This document shows positions 8,463-17,822 of a stretch of 32,000 nt of DNA, one piece after another. The stretch comes from Promethearchaeum syntrophicum (GTDB taxonomy: Archaea > Asgardarchaeota > Lokiarchaeia > Sigyniarchaeales > Promethearchaeaceae), in assembly GCF_008000775.2 (NCBI RefSeq), contig NZ_CP042905.2, forward strand, positions 2,340,001 to 2,372,000, read 5' to 3'. Under the pieces are notes generated by a model. It was not told where the DNA came from. It did no database searches and saw only the letters and a list, made by a program, of their open reading frames with translations. Position numbers and translations under genes: made by a program. Each line of letters begins with the position of its first letter. The stretch's first letter is position 1.

Positions 8463-10610
8463 ATGAAAATCAAACATATTAAAATACAAGGGTATCGATC
8501 TTTAGACAATTTTTCAATAAATCTTTCTGATTATACTGTTATTGTAGGTAAAAACAATGCAGGAAAGTCAAATCTACTTTCTGCGATTAATTCTTTTTAT
8601 CATCCAAAATTATTAACAATAAACGACGCAACTCGCAATGGATTAGGAGATATAATTCGTAGTGAAATTTCAATAAAACTAACCTTTGACAAATTGTTGG
8701 ATTCAGAAAAGCAAAACAATCAGAAATATGTAGAAAACAATCAAATAATTGTTGAATTAGTTGCAAAAGTGAGGGATGAAGAAGATAAAATTGTAGAAAA
8801 ATTGAAACCTGAGCATCATGGATACATAAAGAAATATGATTATGAATTTAGTGATTCAATTGAGTCAAAGATAAGAGAATTAGTTTGTTCTGAAACTGTT
8901 CCATCACAAGATGTTGTTAGGGATGTTCCAATTCTCAATATTATTGCACAAGTTGAAGCTCCGAGTGGTAGAATAACTAAAGAAAGATGGAATAATATCT
9001 TAACGAAATTTATTGATCAAGTACCAGGTATCCGAAAAATTCCAAAGATAGTAAGGGATGATGATCATAAATATCAAGGATTTATCGGCTCTAATTCGGC
9101 CGAAAACAGTGGGAGATGTCTTTTTATTCCTGCTATATTAAATCCATCAGAAAACTTAGATGAAACCAAACAAAATAGTCAAATTTATCGATTAGTATCA
9201 TCTTTGATGAATAAATCTATACCCCAACCATTAGAAGATGAATTTTCAAATTTTGTGGAAAAATTAAATAACGAAAGGGATTCAACTCGCCAAGATCTCA
9301 TTGACCGTTTTGATGAAGAATTAAGGGTCTGGGATACGAAAATTGATATTACTTTAGATAAACCCTCACTTGAGAATGCCTTACCTGTAGCTTTCAAAAT
9401 TAACTTCAACGATGGTGTTCCTACTGATTTAAGACATAAGGGCACAGGTTTACAGAGATATATATTCTTTAAATTCTTGAAAATTTATAATGAATTAATG
9501 CAAGATTCGGAAATTTCTTTAATACTCTTATTTGAAGAACCAGAAGCTCATCTGCATCCCCACTTCCAAAGAGAAATAGCTGAAATCATTGAGGGTTTAA
9601 AATCATCTCTTATCCATCATTATCAAATCATTCTTACAACACATTCACCTCAATTTATCGATGTAACTCGGATGGAGAATCTCTATCGTTTTAGTCGTCT
9701 TGATAATCATTGCACTGATTCCGAAAATTGCTTCTTAGATTTATCTAATATTAATGACAAATTAAAAACTGCATATTTCTTTAATCCTCATGTTCGAGAA
9801 GTTTTTTTTGCTGACAAGGTCATATTGGTTGAAGGAATTAGCGAAATTCAATTCTTTGAATATCTAAAAAATCAAGGTGTAATTTCATTCTCAAATTGTT
9901 CGATTATTGGAATGGGAGGTAAGCAAAATTATCGTTATTTCATACCTATTTTAAATGCTGCAAAAATTCCTTATTGCATTGTTGTAGATGAAGATCCCTA
10001 TTTTGAACCGCATTACAAAATAAAAAATGAAAATTCTTTAAGACTAAAAAGGAGGGATTATTTGATTACGAAAGATATTCTAAACAAAATAGATTCTAAC
10101 TTAGGAAAATTGTGTGTAATTTCCCCCGATTTTGATACCTTGATTGGTACTTCTAAGAATCAACTATCAAGTAGAGGAAAACATATTGCTACAAACTACA
10201 GATTAAAAAAAATATATACATCTGCTTTACCAGATTTTTCAAGTAAGAAAAATGAGTTGGAAACAATAGCTAAAAAAATACTAAATTTTGAGACGATTTC
10301 AGATCAATCAATTCAATTTCCAGGAGAGAATCTTTGGACTCCAGTTGATCAAAATGCTGTGTCTTTAACTGAAATTAATGAAAAATATATCGTAACGAAA
10401 TTAATTGGAGCTATAAAGAATTGGAAAAATTCAATTAAAACATTTACTCCTATTCAAGCGAAAAATTTTCTGATTGAATTGCGTAAACAAACACAAACGC
10501 ATTTAGCTGATCTAAGCAAAAAATTCAGAAAACCTTTGGATGCAGTCTCAGAAAAACATAAATCCACGCAAACTAAATTAGGTAATTTTATTCGTAAAAA
10601 AGATATCTAA
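8463..10610 (+). CDS. OLD-family nuclease: N-terminal ABC/AAA_15-type ATPase fused to a Toprim domain, with a long helical C-terminal extension
   Basis: Motifs are Walker A VIVGKNNAGKSNLLSAI, Walker B LILLFEEPEAHLHP, H-loop IILTTHSP, Toprim Glu KVILVEGISEIQFF and DxD-type IVVDEDP. Confidence 0.85.
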   Translation: MKIKHIKIQGYRSLDNFSINLSDYTVIVGKNNAGKSNLLSAINSFYHPKLLTINDATRNGLGDIIRSEISIKLTFDKLLDSEKQNNQKYVENNQIIVELVAKVRDEEDKIVEKLKPEHHGYIKKYDYEFSDSIESKIRELVCSETVPSQDVVRDVPILNIIAQVEAPSGRITKERWNNILTKFIDQVPGIRKIPKIVRDDDHKYQGFIGSNSAENSGRCLFIPAILNPSENLDETKQNSQIYRLVSSLMNKSIPQPLEDEFSNFVEKLNNERDSTRQDLIDRFDEELRVWDTKIDITLDKPSLENALPVAFKINFNDGVPTDLRHKGTGLQRYIFFKFLKIYNELMQDSEISLILLFEEPEAHLHPHFQREIAEIIEGLKSSLIHHYQIILTTHSPQFIDVTRMENLYRFSRLDNHCTDSENCFLDLSNINDKLKTAYFFNPHVREVFFADKVILVEGISEIQFFEYLKNQGVISFSNCSIIGMGGKQNYRYFIPILNAAKIPYCIVVDEDPYFEPHYKIKNENSLRLKRRDYLITKDILNKIDSNLGKLCVISPDFDTLIGTSKNQLSSRGKHIATNYRLKKIYTSALPDFSSKKNELETIAKKILNFETISDQSIQFPGENLWTPVDQNAVSLTEINEKYIVTKLIGAIKNWKNSIKTFTPIQAKNFLIELRKQTQTHLADLSKKFRKPLDAVSEKHKSTQTKLGNFIRKKDI

Positions 10611-10640
10611 TAAGCCATTCGATTCTGGCAAATTAAATGG

Positions 10641-10750
10641 TGGAAACTAAAAAGAAAACTTAAGAAAACTTAAGAAAACTTAAGAAAACTTAAGAAAACT
10701 TAAGAAAACTTAAGAAAACTTAAGAAAACTTAAGAAAACTAGAAACTTAG
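10641..10750. repeat. 10-bp tandem repeat TAAGAAAACT, 8 perfect plus about 3 degenerate copies (phased A-tracts)
   Basis: Read directly. Perfect units run 10661..10740, with degenerate units on both sides. The array starts 31 nt after the OLD gene stop. Confidence 0.9.
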
Positions 10751-10804
10751 AGATGCATAGATTAACTTGTTATCTCATGAAAAAAATTGAAATTAATTAC
10801 ATTT

Positions 10805-10832
10805 GTTATTAGAATTTCATTACCCCGAGCTT
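10805..10832 (-). pseudogene. 28-nt remnant of the acs 3' terminus (last 7 codons, stop and flank)
   Basis: gttattagaatttcattaccccgagctt versus the intact gttattagaatttaatttcaccgagctt at 22527..22554 is 25/28 identical. It reads KLGVMKF* versus KLGEIKF*. About 35 nt of A/T-rich flank to the left also resembles the flank left of 6224. Confidence 0.65.
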
Positions 10833-10834
10833 CA

Positions 10835-10881
10835 ACGAAAAAATTCGTGCTAATCCCAATTTTCAACACGAAAAAATTCGT
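10835..10881. promoter_or_regulatory. Two identical 14-bp palindromes ACGAAAAAATTCGT, 33 bp apart; candidate operator or recombination-site element
   Basis: Copies lie at 10835..10848 and 10868..10881. Each is ACGAA-N4-TTCGT inside a longer direct repeat TTCAAC(AC)GAAAAAATTCGT. The pair is upstream of the 10938 gene and abuts the acs remnant. Confidence 0.35.
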
Positions 10882-10937
10882 TAAAATACCTTAAATCGCA
10901 CCGCGACAAGTGATAGTTGGTGACAAATGTGAACGCA

Positions 10938-11285
10938 ATGTATGTATTCATCGTTGGGCTGGTGTTATGCGCCCTTGGTATCTTGATGATCTTTGGTCAA
11001 CCGAGTTTCCTCCTTGCGAGATATGAATGGTTTCAAAAATTGTTCCGAAAAACCATGACGAGTGCGAATCGAAAATCACTCTCGAAATTTTATGCCATCA
11101 TGTTTTTGGTGACTGGAATCCCCCTCAGTATTGGCGCCATCGTCGGTTATATTCTACCCGATACCTTCGAATTGGTTTCTCTTTGGTTAGTGTTGGCGGT
11201 GGGGGTAATCGGGATTAATCTTGCCCTTTTTATCAATGTCAGTAAACGATTTATTATATATGAGGGAACAACTCCTTCTGATTAA
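10938..11285 (+). CDS. Hypothetical small membrane protein (about 4 TM)
   Basis: The ORF track gives 10917..11285 with a TTG start. The ATG at 10938 gives MYVFIVGLVLCALGILMIF.... It is visibly GC-richer than the sequence to its left. Confidence 0.5.
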   Translation: MYVFIVGLVLCALGILMIFGQPSFLLARYEWFQKLFRKTMTSANRKSLSKFYAIMFLVTGIPLSIGAIVGYILPDTFELVSLWLVLAVGVIGINLALFINVSKRFIIYEGTTPSD

Positions 11286-11388
11286 TCTCTTCATTTTTTT
11301 TGTACCAATCAATTCCCCTAGCGATAATGATTGAACTCATTCCAATCAATAATGTTTAATAACTGAATTTTATTAACTCTAAAGTAAG

Positions 11389-13374
11389 ATGGCAGAAGAA
11401 GTTAACCGATCCAAGTTTAGTCCAATTCAACAGCTCGTCCTCAATCGGTTAAACCACCAGTACATGCAGTTTGATGATGATGAAACGATTTTATGTGCCA
11501 AATATGTATATGAAATTCCGTTATTTAATCGGTATTGGTTTTATGGTATGTTTTATGGATTATTTTTATTATTTATCGGCCCTCCCTTCTTGTATGTACA
11601 TCTGAACAACGTGAATATGTTCTACCTATATGATATTTTACTCGGTTGTATACTTATTCTCGGATTTTATCCCGCAATGAAACTTAAAAATATCTTAACC
11701 ACGATTACCCTATATATTTTTACAAATAAAGCAACTTATCTGCTCACTCTTTCCCGAAAAGCGGCAACTCCCGAAAAATTAAAGCACCAAGACCTCGATT
11801 ATTGTAATTGTTTTGTAAGACCGAAGCCTTTAAACAAGAAGAAGTATATCTATCGATGTGTCTTCGGAGTGAATTATAAAGATAGTGTGCGCTTTGATTG
11901 TAAAACCCTCACAGAATTTCAATTCTTTAAAAATGTGCTTCAACAGATTTATTTTCGGAATGCCAAACTTTTTCAAAACTCACCCGTAGCTCTCAAAGAA
12001 TTTCCGCATATAGAACAATATAAACAAAACATGATCTTTAAGCCTGAAAAAGTTAAGATTAAAAAAGCAACCAGGATGAAACGTAATAATCCATTTTATA
12101 TTATTTTCTCTCTTATCGGGGGAATTATTGGGATATATAAGCTAAGTATCTTCATTTGGGAGTTAGCCCAGCAAGAAAGTGATTCCTATGTTATGTTTAT
12201 CTTTGTTTTTCTTGGAGTCTTCTTAGTTTTCTCGGTTATTATGGTTATTTTTGATAATTGGAGATATGCTGTGAGGTATCTAAAATCAAACAGAGATCAT
12301 CAAATTGAATTAACTAAGGACCAAATTAAACGAATAATCAACCCAAAAGATCAAGATTTAGATGAACAAGATGTTCATATCCTGCCCTTTAAACAAGATT
12401 TGACTTATGAAACATTTGAAACACGGCCTCGTCGATCTCCCTGGGTAGGAAGTACCAACGACAAATCGTATAAATTAACATATTTCACTCCATCTTTATC
12501 TATAGAAGATATTGTGGAACTTGATGATATAGATGATTTTCAATATGGATTTCAATGGAAATATTATCACTGGCTTGAAGAACAGAACTATTTCTTAGAA
12601 GATCACACAATTGAGAGTGCTTTTGCGAACCTGACACCAAATGACTTCAATGAAACATTAAAACGGGCTTTATTACTCGCTCATGATGCTTATTCTGAAC
12701 GAAATCAAACTTATCTTTCGCAAATTCAACAACATCAACAAAATCAACCAAGAGAAAAATCTTACGAAAACCATAGTATAAAGCACAATCTCTATCCACT
12801 AAATGATTATCGAAAAAATTTAGAAGAAAATGATGAAATTCAAAGCATTTTTCGATCAGGATTAAGCTTTAAAGAATATCTAGATATGAACAAAGTTAAA
12901 CGGGTTGGAATAATTCTCGGATTTCTCATTATAGATGTGCTCATATTTGGGGTTTTGAATAATCAAGGTTTGCTTGATGATATCGGCAATTTTATGTATA
13001 TTTTTACGCCACTCCTGTTTTTTGGTATCTTGGGTATTATGGCAATTCTGATTCTAATCTATTATGTTATTTTTGGGGCTAATCTCAATTACTTTGATTA
13101 TTTAAGTGATAAAAAGCAAGAATACGTACTTACAAATAAAACAATTCAAATTCGTGATCGCTATGATTTTATGGTAATCCCATTTGAAAAAATCAAAAAA
13201 GTTGTCTATACAAAACCCACGAGCTATTATGTCCCGAAAATTATGATTTTTCTCAATGTAGATTCTCTGAATGTGAAAGAAAGGGAACCCTTAAAAAAAG
13301 TTATGTTGAAAACGGTTCCATTGAAATCTCCGATTTTTAAAGCATTGATTGAAATTGGGATGGTATTAGGATAA
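11389..13374 (+). CDS. Large multi-pass membrane protein with repeated 2TM + PH-like (YdbS/YdbT bPH_2-like) modules
   Basis: 661-aa ORF. TM hairpins are followed by motifs such as YIFTNKATYLLT and EYVLTNKTIQIRDRYDFMVIPFEKIKKVVY, fitting the pattern Y.LT..i.i....iP...I..V. The domain call is inference only. Confidence 0.55.
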   Translation: MAEEVNRSKFSPIQQLVLNRLNHQYMQFDDDETILCAKYVYEIPLFNRYWFYGMFYGLFLLFIGPPFLYVHLNNVNMFYLYDILLGCILILGFYPAMKLKNILTTITLYIFTNKATYLLTLSRKAATPEKLKHQDLDYCNCFVRPKPLNKKKYIYRCVFGVNYKDSVRFDCKTLTEFQFFKNVLQQIYFRNAKLFQNSPVALKEFPHIEQYKQNMIFKPEKVKIKKATRMKRNNPFYIIFSLIGGIIGIYKLSIFIWELAQQESDSYVMFIFVFLGVFLVFSVIMVIFDNWRYAVRYLKSNRDHQIELTKDQIKRIINPKDQDLDEQDVHILPFKQDLTYETFETRPRRSPWVGSTNDKSYKLTYFTPSLSIEDIVELDDIDDFQYGFQWKYYHWLEEQNYFLEDHTIESAFANLTPNDFNETLKRALLLAHDAYSERNQTYLSQIQQHQQNQPREKSYENHSIKHNLYPLNDYRKNLEENDEIQSIFRSGLSFKEYLDMNKVKRVGIILGFLIIDVLIFGVLNNQGLLDDIGNFMYIFTPLLFFGILGIMAILILIYYVIFGANLNYFDYLSDKKQEYVLTNKTIQIRDRYDFMVIPFEKIKKVVYTKPTSYYVPKIMIFLNVDSLNVKEREPLKKVMLKTVPLKSPIFKALIEIGMVLG

Positions 13375-14286
13375 TTTTTTGGCTAATGTTCTAAGGACTG
13401 AGGACAATTTTGATTACGATCAAATAAATTTTTCCGTGTCAAAACACCTAAGCTGATAATTATTGAATTGGGTTCGGATTCTGATGAGCACTACTGAATG
13501 ACACCGTGAAAAAATATTGAATCGAATAAAACCAGGAAATACATGAGAAGAAAAAAATCATCCCAAGTTAAAATTTAGTTTTCGTTGGTTCTGAGAAAAA
13601 AAATATTATCCGCTATACGCTCTCGCGTTTTTTTTCGAGGTTAATAAGGATTGATGGTTGATTTGGCGTCGTATTTCATTGTCATGTTGTTGATCAAGGA
13701 GTTCTTGATCAAGCCGTCGATTTTCTTCGGATATCCATTGTGTTTGTGCTTGTATCATATAATTCAACTCGTAAATAAAGATTGTCAAACGCCGAAAAAC
13801 GGTTGTTTGATGATTATTTAAAATTTAGAAAAATTATCTTAGGTTAATAAATTCAAGCTATCTATTAAACTTTGCGAGATTTCTTCTTTTTTTCTCAATC
13901 TTTATATTTTTTAAGGCAGAGATCGTGCTTTTTTTAACAAGATAATCTTCATATCGAAATCTAAAAACTATTTCCAATGATCCATACTTATAGTCTTATG
14001 ATCCCATTTTCTCCATTTTTGGTCAAAAATCAAGAATAAATGATCCATTTTGCGATGATTCACAGGGAGAAAGTCCGATCGTGGATCTTTTAGCAAGTGG
14101 CTTCCAAAAAAATTATTTTTACTTTTTATAAGCCACCTACCACGCTATCACCTTCCCTATTTGGCAGGAGTTGTGAGTCATACAAGTTTTTGAATAAAAA
14201 TCGCCTATATGATTAGAAATCTGAAAAAATTTCAGTTTCCTTTTGGTTTATTGTTTTTCACAATTGGATGGCATTTTCTATCAAAA

Positions 14287-15027
14287 TCAACAATTTTTTT
14301 TTAATCTACAAATTTCAATTTCTTCATCTATAAACATATCATAATGATTTTTCCGTAAATAAACTTGAAGAAATCCAAGTGCTCGTTGCCGATCTTTTCC
14401 AGAAATAAACATTTTTCCCAATTCTACTTGTAGGAGGTCTTTATGGAAAAATTTATAATATTGATATTCTTCCTCTTCACCGGGATATTTTGTAGACATT
14501 TGAAGAAGCGGGTCCTTAACAATATATAACCGTAGTCTATAATCTCTACTTTCTATTTTGATAAATAATCCAAAAAAATCTTTATTCCCCGTCATTGTAT
14601 CAATTTTTCCTTCTTTTCGGTTAGTGTAATAGATTTTAACACCAGATTTTGATAAAATAACTCGAGTAGGCTCTTTTTTTTTAGGTGGAGGGATCAGTAA
14701 AGCTAAAATATCTAGTAACTTACTTCCCAATAACATACATATAAACAAGGCAAGAATAACAAATCCCATCAAAATACCGGAAAGGGTGGGAAAGTCATCC
14801 ATAACTTGACCAGGAGTTAAAAAAAGGTTAAACTTTTCAAAAAATAATAAAGGAGAGAATAGTAAATGATAATATGAATCACTTAATAAACCCGTAATTC
14901 CCGCTACTAAGTCAATCATAAGATATATGAAAATAAGTAACAAGAATACTCGAAGAAATAGTTTTTTGAGAGGATAAGTATAAATTGAGATTGAATCGGT
15001 AGTTATTGAGTCTGTATCAATTGGCAT
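14287..15027 (-). CDS. Hypothetical membrane protein (N-terminal TM helices plus a soluble beta-rich C-domain)
   Basis: 246-aa ORF with about 4 hydrophobic segments, followed by RVILSKSGVKIYYTNRKEGKIDTM.... Confidence 0.5.
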   Translation of the reverse strand: MPIDTDSITTDSISIYTYPLKKLFLRVFLLLIFIYLMIDLVAGITGLLSDSYYHLLFSPLLFFEKFNLFLTPGQVMDDFPTLSGILMGFVILALFICMLLGSKLLDILALLIPPPKKKEPTRVILSKSGVKIYYTNRKEGKIDTMTGNKDFFGLFIKIESRDYRLRLYIVKDPLLQMSTKYPGEEEEYQYYKFFHKDLLQVELGKMFISGKDRQRALGFLQVYLRKNHYDMFIDEEIEICRLKKNC

Positions 15028-15282
15028 ATGGAAATAAAATCTTAATTAATTTATAAAATTACCCGAAACATTCATTTTTTTGCTGATTAGACTTCTATAT
15101 AGTCACCTTGTTAAACATTTGATTAGGTTTGTATCGTATAAAACGATCTGGAATCTGTCGTGGAGGCTACCATGTAATTTCAGAATTTCTTACCGGTAAT
15201 TTTATTAAATCAGATCTTGAATGTCAAACGGTTTAAGCTTATAAAAGGAAGAAGTTGCAGAATAAAAATTTCTCAAAAAAAA

Positions 15283-15738
15283 TTACTTTTTCTTGGATTT
15301 TAAATGATCTCTCACAAAATCTTCAGGGTTTATAATGTCAAATTTATTTTCCCAATTAAAGTGCTTGATATTATACGTAATCAATTTATCAATTAAGGTT
15401 TCACATTCTGTTGCAATAATATAATCTCTAAAATGTTGCCTAAAGGGTAGGGTTCCTCGATTTTTATATGCATTTTCAATGATTCTTGAAGGTTCAAAAT
15501 TTTCCCACTTAATCATTTTACAATCAAATTTATCTAAATCTTCTTTAAATTTATTCCAATCTAAGTTTTTGGTTTTATAAAAATACCCCACTTCTAACTG
15601 AACAATAGTTGGTAAGTAAATTTCGAAATCCGTTGAATATAGGGTTAAATAATTAATGAAATCATAGTTTCTAAAAACATTAGAATCTAACGCAATTTTT
15701 GAAAAAACTATTTTTATTCCTCCAATCCTGTGATCCAT
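15283..15738 (-). CDS. vapC: PIN-domain toxin (VapC-like)
   Basis: Motifs are IALDSNVF (Asp1), TIVQLEVGY (Glu), RDYIIATE (Asp) and LITYNIKHF. It overlaps the upstream RHH gene by 25 nt, which is a typical TA arrangement. Confidence 0.7.
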   Translation of the reverse strand: MDHRIGGIKIVFSKIALDSNVFRNYDFINYLTLYSTDFEIYLPTIVQLEVGYFYKTKNLDWNKFKEDLDKFDCKMIKWENFEPSRIIENAYKNRGTLPFRQHFRDYIIATECETLIDKLITYNIKHFNWENKFDIINPEDFVRDHLKSKKK

Positions 15739-16037
15739 TCACTTAATAGAAAATTATCAATAGTTTGAGACCCATTTTCCAATAATTTTTGATTTTTTTC
15801 ACGTTCTGGGAACCTTTTCCAGATTTTTTTAGTTGTTTCCTCTAATATTTCTGAAATATCAATATTATCGCTTATTGTCATTTTCTTCTTTGGATACTTA
15901 TTTTTAATCATTTTTTCTTCTAAATTTGCTATTGCCTTTTCAATTACTGCACTTTGTGGTATATCTAACAGTGCAGATAATTTTTTTATTTTTTTTCGGA
16001 GCTTCTGATCTACAGCAACAGTAGTTTTAGATGCCAT
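15714..16037 (-). CDS. vapB: Ribbon-helix-helix (CopG/Arc-like) antitoxin, VapB-like
   Basis: The N-terminus MASKTTVAVDQKLRKKIKKLSALLDIPQSAVIEKAIANLEE has the beta-strand plus two-helix RHH pattern. It lies immediately upstream of the PIN gene and overlaps it. Confidence 0.6.
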   Translation of the reverse strand: MASKTTVAVDQKLRKKIKKLSALLDIPQSAVIEKAIANLEEKMIKNKYPKKKMTISDNIDISEILEETTKKIWKRFPEREKNQKLLENGSQTIDNFLLSEWITGLEE

Positions 16038-16513
16038 AATAATATAAAATAAATATTAATATAAAAATATATATTTATAATTCTAACCTGTTCCCCTTCA
16101 TATATTTTTTTTCCTAAACCTTAAAATATTGAAATATTTTTTTTTCCGTTTTAAAAACAAGCAATCGGAAAAGTCGAACTGAATATAGATTGTTTCCTCT
16201 TAAATTGAACCCACCAATTCCCTTCTTAAATGCGTATCACCATTAATTACGGAAATGAAATTTTTCTCAAAAATTATAAGATTTCACAGTTTCACATACT
16301 CTGAGTGATTGCGATCATCCGTAAACACATTGGTGAGTTGGAGCAAGGTAGTGACTAGAAACTGCTTGATAATTTTATTAAACCTTGTTCAGTCTAGAAA
16401 TCTGGATATTTAAGGGTATCACATTTGTAATACAAGAAGGGCGGTTCTCGAGGGGAATCGGTTGTGAAAAAATGCTCCTTCTTTCCAAGAAGCATAAGAG
16501 GATATCGTCTAGT

Positions 16514-16648
16514 TTATTTCTTTCTCTCATTAATTTTCTGTTTCAGATATTCATAATAAGGTTTTATTTTGGCAGATTCTTTCTTCAATTTATAGTAAAT
16601 GATTAGTGTAGGAATCATACCGAGAACGAATCCAATCCCTCCCCACAA
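16514..16648 (-). CDS. Small single-TM ORF in the same frame as the upstream zinc-ribbon gene, directly after its TAA
   Basis: (L/M)WGGIGFVLGMIPTLIIYYKLKKESAKIKPYYEYLKQKINERKK* was verified codon by codon. It is below the ORF-track length cutoff. TTG is at 16648 and there is an internal ATG at 16618. Confidence 0.3.
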   Translation of the reverse strand: MWGGIGFVLGMIPTLIIYYKLKKESAKIKPYYEYLKQKINERKK

Positions 16649-16651
16649 AAT

Positions 16652-16945
16652 TTATTGTTGATTATCAAATAATAACCCACTTACTACATACAAACCACTA
16701 ACTATGTCAAAGATTACTAAACTTATTAGAAGAATGGTTACAAAAGCATTACCACTAAAAAAAGATTTTTTTTCTTGATATTCTTCATTTATGATTGCCC
16801 TTCTGCAGTGGTTACATATTCCACAGTCCATACATTCAAAACCAATGGTCCGATTGCATATCTCACATTTTGGAGGTTCTGCACCTGGAGTATGGGTAAT
16901 CTTATGACAATTTGGACAATCATACATCAGAAATTTGGTTTTCAT
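16652..16945 (-). CDS. Zinc-ribbon protein with a C-terminal TM anchor
   Basis: 97 aa. Cys pairs are CPNC...CEIC and CMDCGICNHC, followed by the hydrophobic FVTILLISLVIFDIVSGLYVVSGLLF. Confidence 0.55.
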   Translation of the reverse strand: MKTKFLMYDCPNCHKITHTPGAEPPKCEICNRTIGFECMDCGICNHCRRAIINEEYQEKKSFFSGNAFVTILLISLVIFDIVSGLYVVSGLLFDNQQ

Positions 16946-17012
16946 AAAAAAAAAACTAGTTCTGTAGTAATAAAAGATTTGTTATGTATTGCATTAACAA
17001 CTCAAACATATG

Positions 17013-17822
17013 TTACTCCTTTTTTGGCACATTTTTACCTTCCCCACTCCAAGAAATAACTATGAGGATTGAAAGCACCAAAAAAAGTATCGTTCTGATA
17101 AGGGCTATGCGGGGAGAGGGTCCAAATAATTCTCCCGCTATGTTATTCGCAAAATGGGCAATCATCGCGGATATAAGGCTATATTTCGTTTTCTTGAACA
17201 GATAGGTAATAAGAAACGTAAATAGAAACGCTTGACTTAAATATATGTAAAAATCGGGGGTAAACAGACCTAATCCGTTTTGGTATGTGCCAGAAATAAA
17301 AAACAAGGGGATATGCCAGCATGCCCAGAGTAATCCTAAAATGCTACTCGAAACAAACGGAGTTGTGGATTGTAGTAATTTCGGTAACGCAAATGCTCGC
17401 CACCCAAATTCTTCAATCAAAATCGCGACAATCCCAAATCCCAGGATTGTGAAAAGTCCAAGGGGCTCTAGAAAAACTCCAATTATATTATCAAATTGAG
17501 TGGTATACCCGAAAAATACAATATCAAGAAGAATTGCTATACAGACAATTACAATCGGACCGAAAAATGCAATGAGCCCCCAAATCCATGAGAAGCGTTT
17601 TATGTCAGTAAATCTCCTCCAATATTCTGTCCGGTCTAGGTTTTCTTCCTGGAATGAAAGAATGATACCTACCGCCGATGGCGCAATTCCTCCAAGAGCA
17701 TAGAGAAGGAAAAAATACCAGGTTGCAAGAGATCCTTTCAACAAGATTGTTAACCCCCAAAAACTCCAGCTCCAGCAATATGTGAATAAGAAAAAGTAAA
17801 ATATTTTTTTTATCTGTGCCAT
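17013..17822 (-). CDS. CPBP family intramembrane glutamic endopeptidase (CAAX protease / Abi, PF02517-like)
   Basis: Motifs are LIEEFGWRAF (EExxxR), LWACWHIPLF (FxxxH-like) and MIAHFANNI (HxxxN). It is a multi-pass membrane protein. The start was chosen at ATG 17822 (MAQIKK...), because the track's 17957 start adds 45 non-hydrophobic residues. Confidence 0.8.
   Translation of the reverse strand: MAQIKKIFYFFLFTYCWSWSFWGLTILLKGSLATWYFFLLYALGGIAPSAVGIILSFQEENLDRTEYWRRFTDIKRFSWIWGLIAFFGPIVIVCIAILLDIVFFGYTTQFDNIIGVFLEPLGLFTILGFGIVAILIEEFGWRAFALPKLLQSTTPFVSSSILGLLWACWHIPLFFISGTYQNGLGLFTPDFYIYLSQAFLFTFLITYLFKKTKYSLISAMIAHFANNIAGELFGPSPRIALIRTILFLVLSILIVISWSGEGKNVPKKE

Noticed and set aside
10641-10750. 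Possible CRISPR array
   Set aside because: The repeat unit is only 10 bp and the copies are contiguous, with no spacers. It is a simple tandem repeat, not a CRISPR array.
13469-13485. tRNA-like T-loop (gggttcggattc)
   Set aside because: The flanking bases do not form a T-stem, and no acceptor or anticodon arms can be drawn. I found no tRNA in the window.
13606-13788. 60-aa ORF 13606..13788 (-)
   Set aside because: It has a TTG start, is isolated in a ~900-bp gene-poor stretch, and has no motifs or promoter-like box that I could support. It may be real but is not supportable from sequence alone.
16385-16606. Plus-strand ORF 16385..16606 (73 aa)
   Set aside because: It is an antisense shadow of the small minus-strand TM ORF 16514..16648 and of A/T-rich spacer. 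It is Phe/Leu-rich, low-complexity and has a TTG start.
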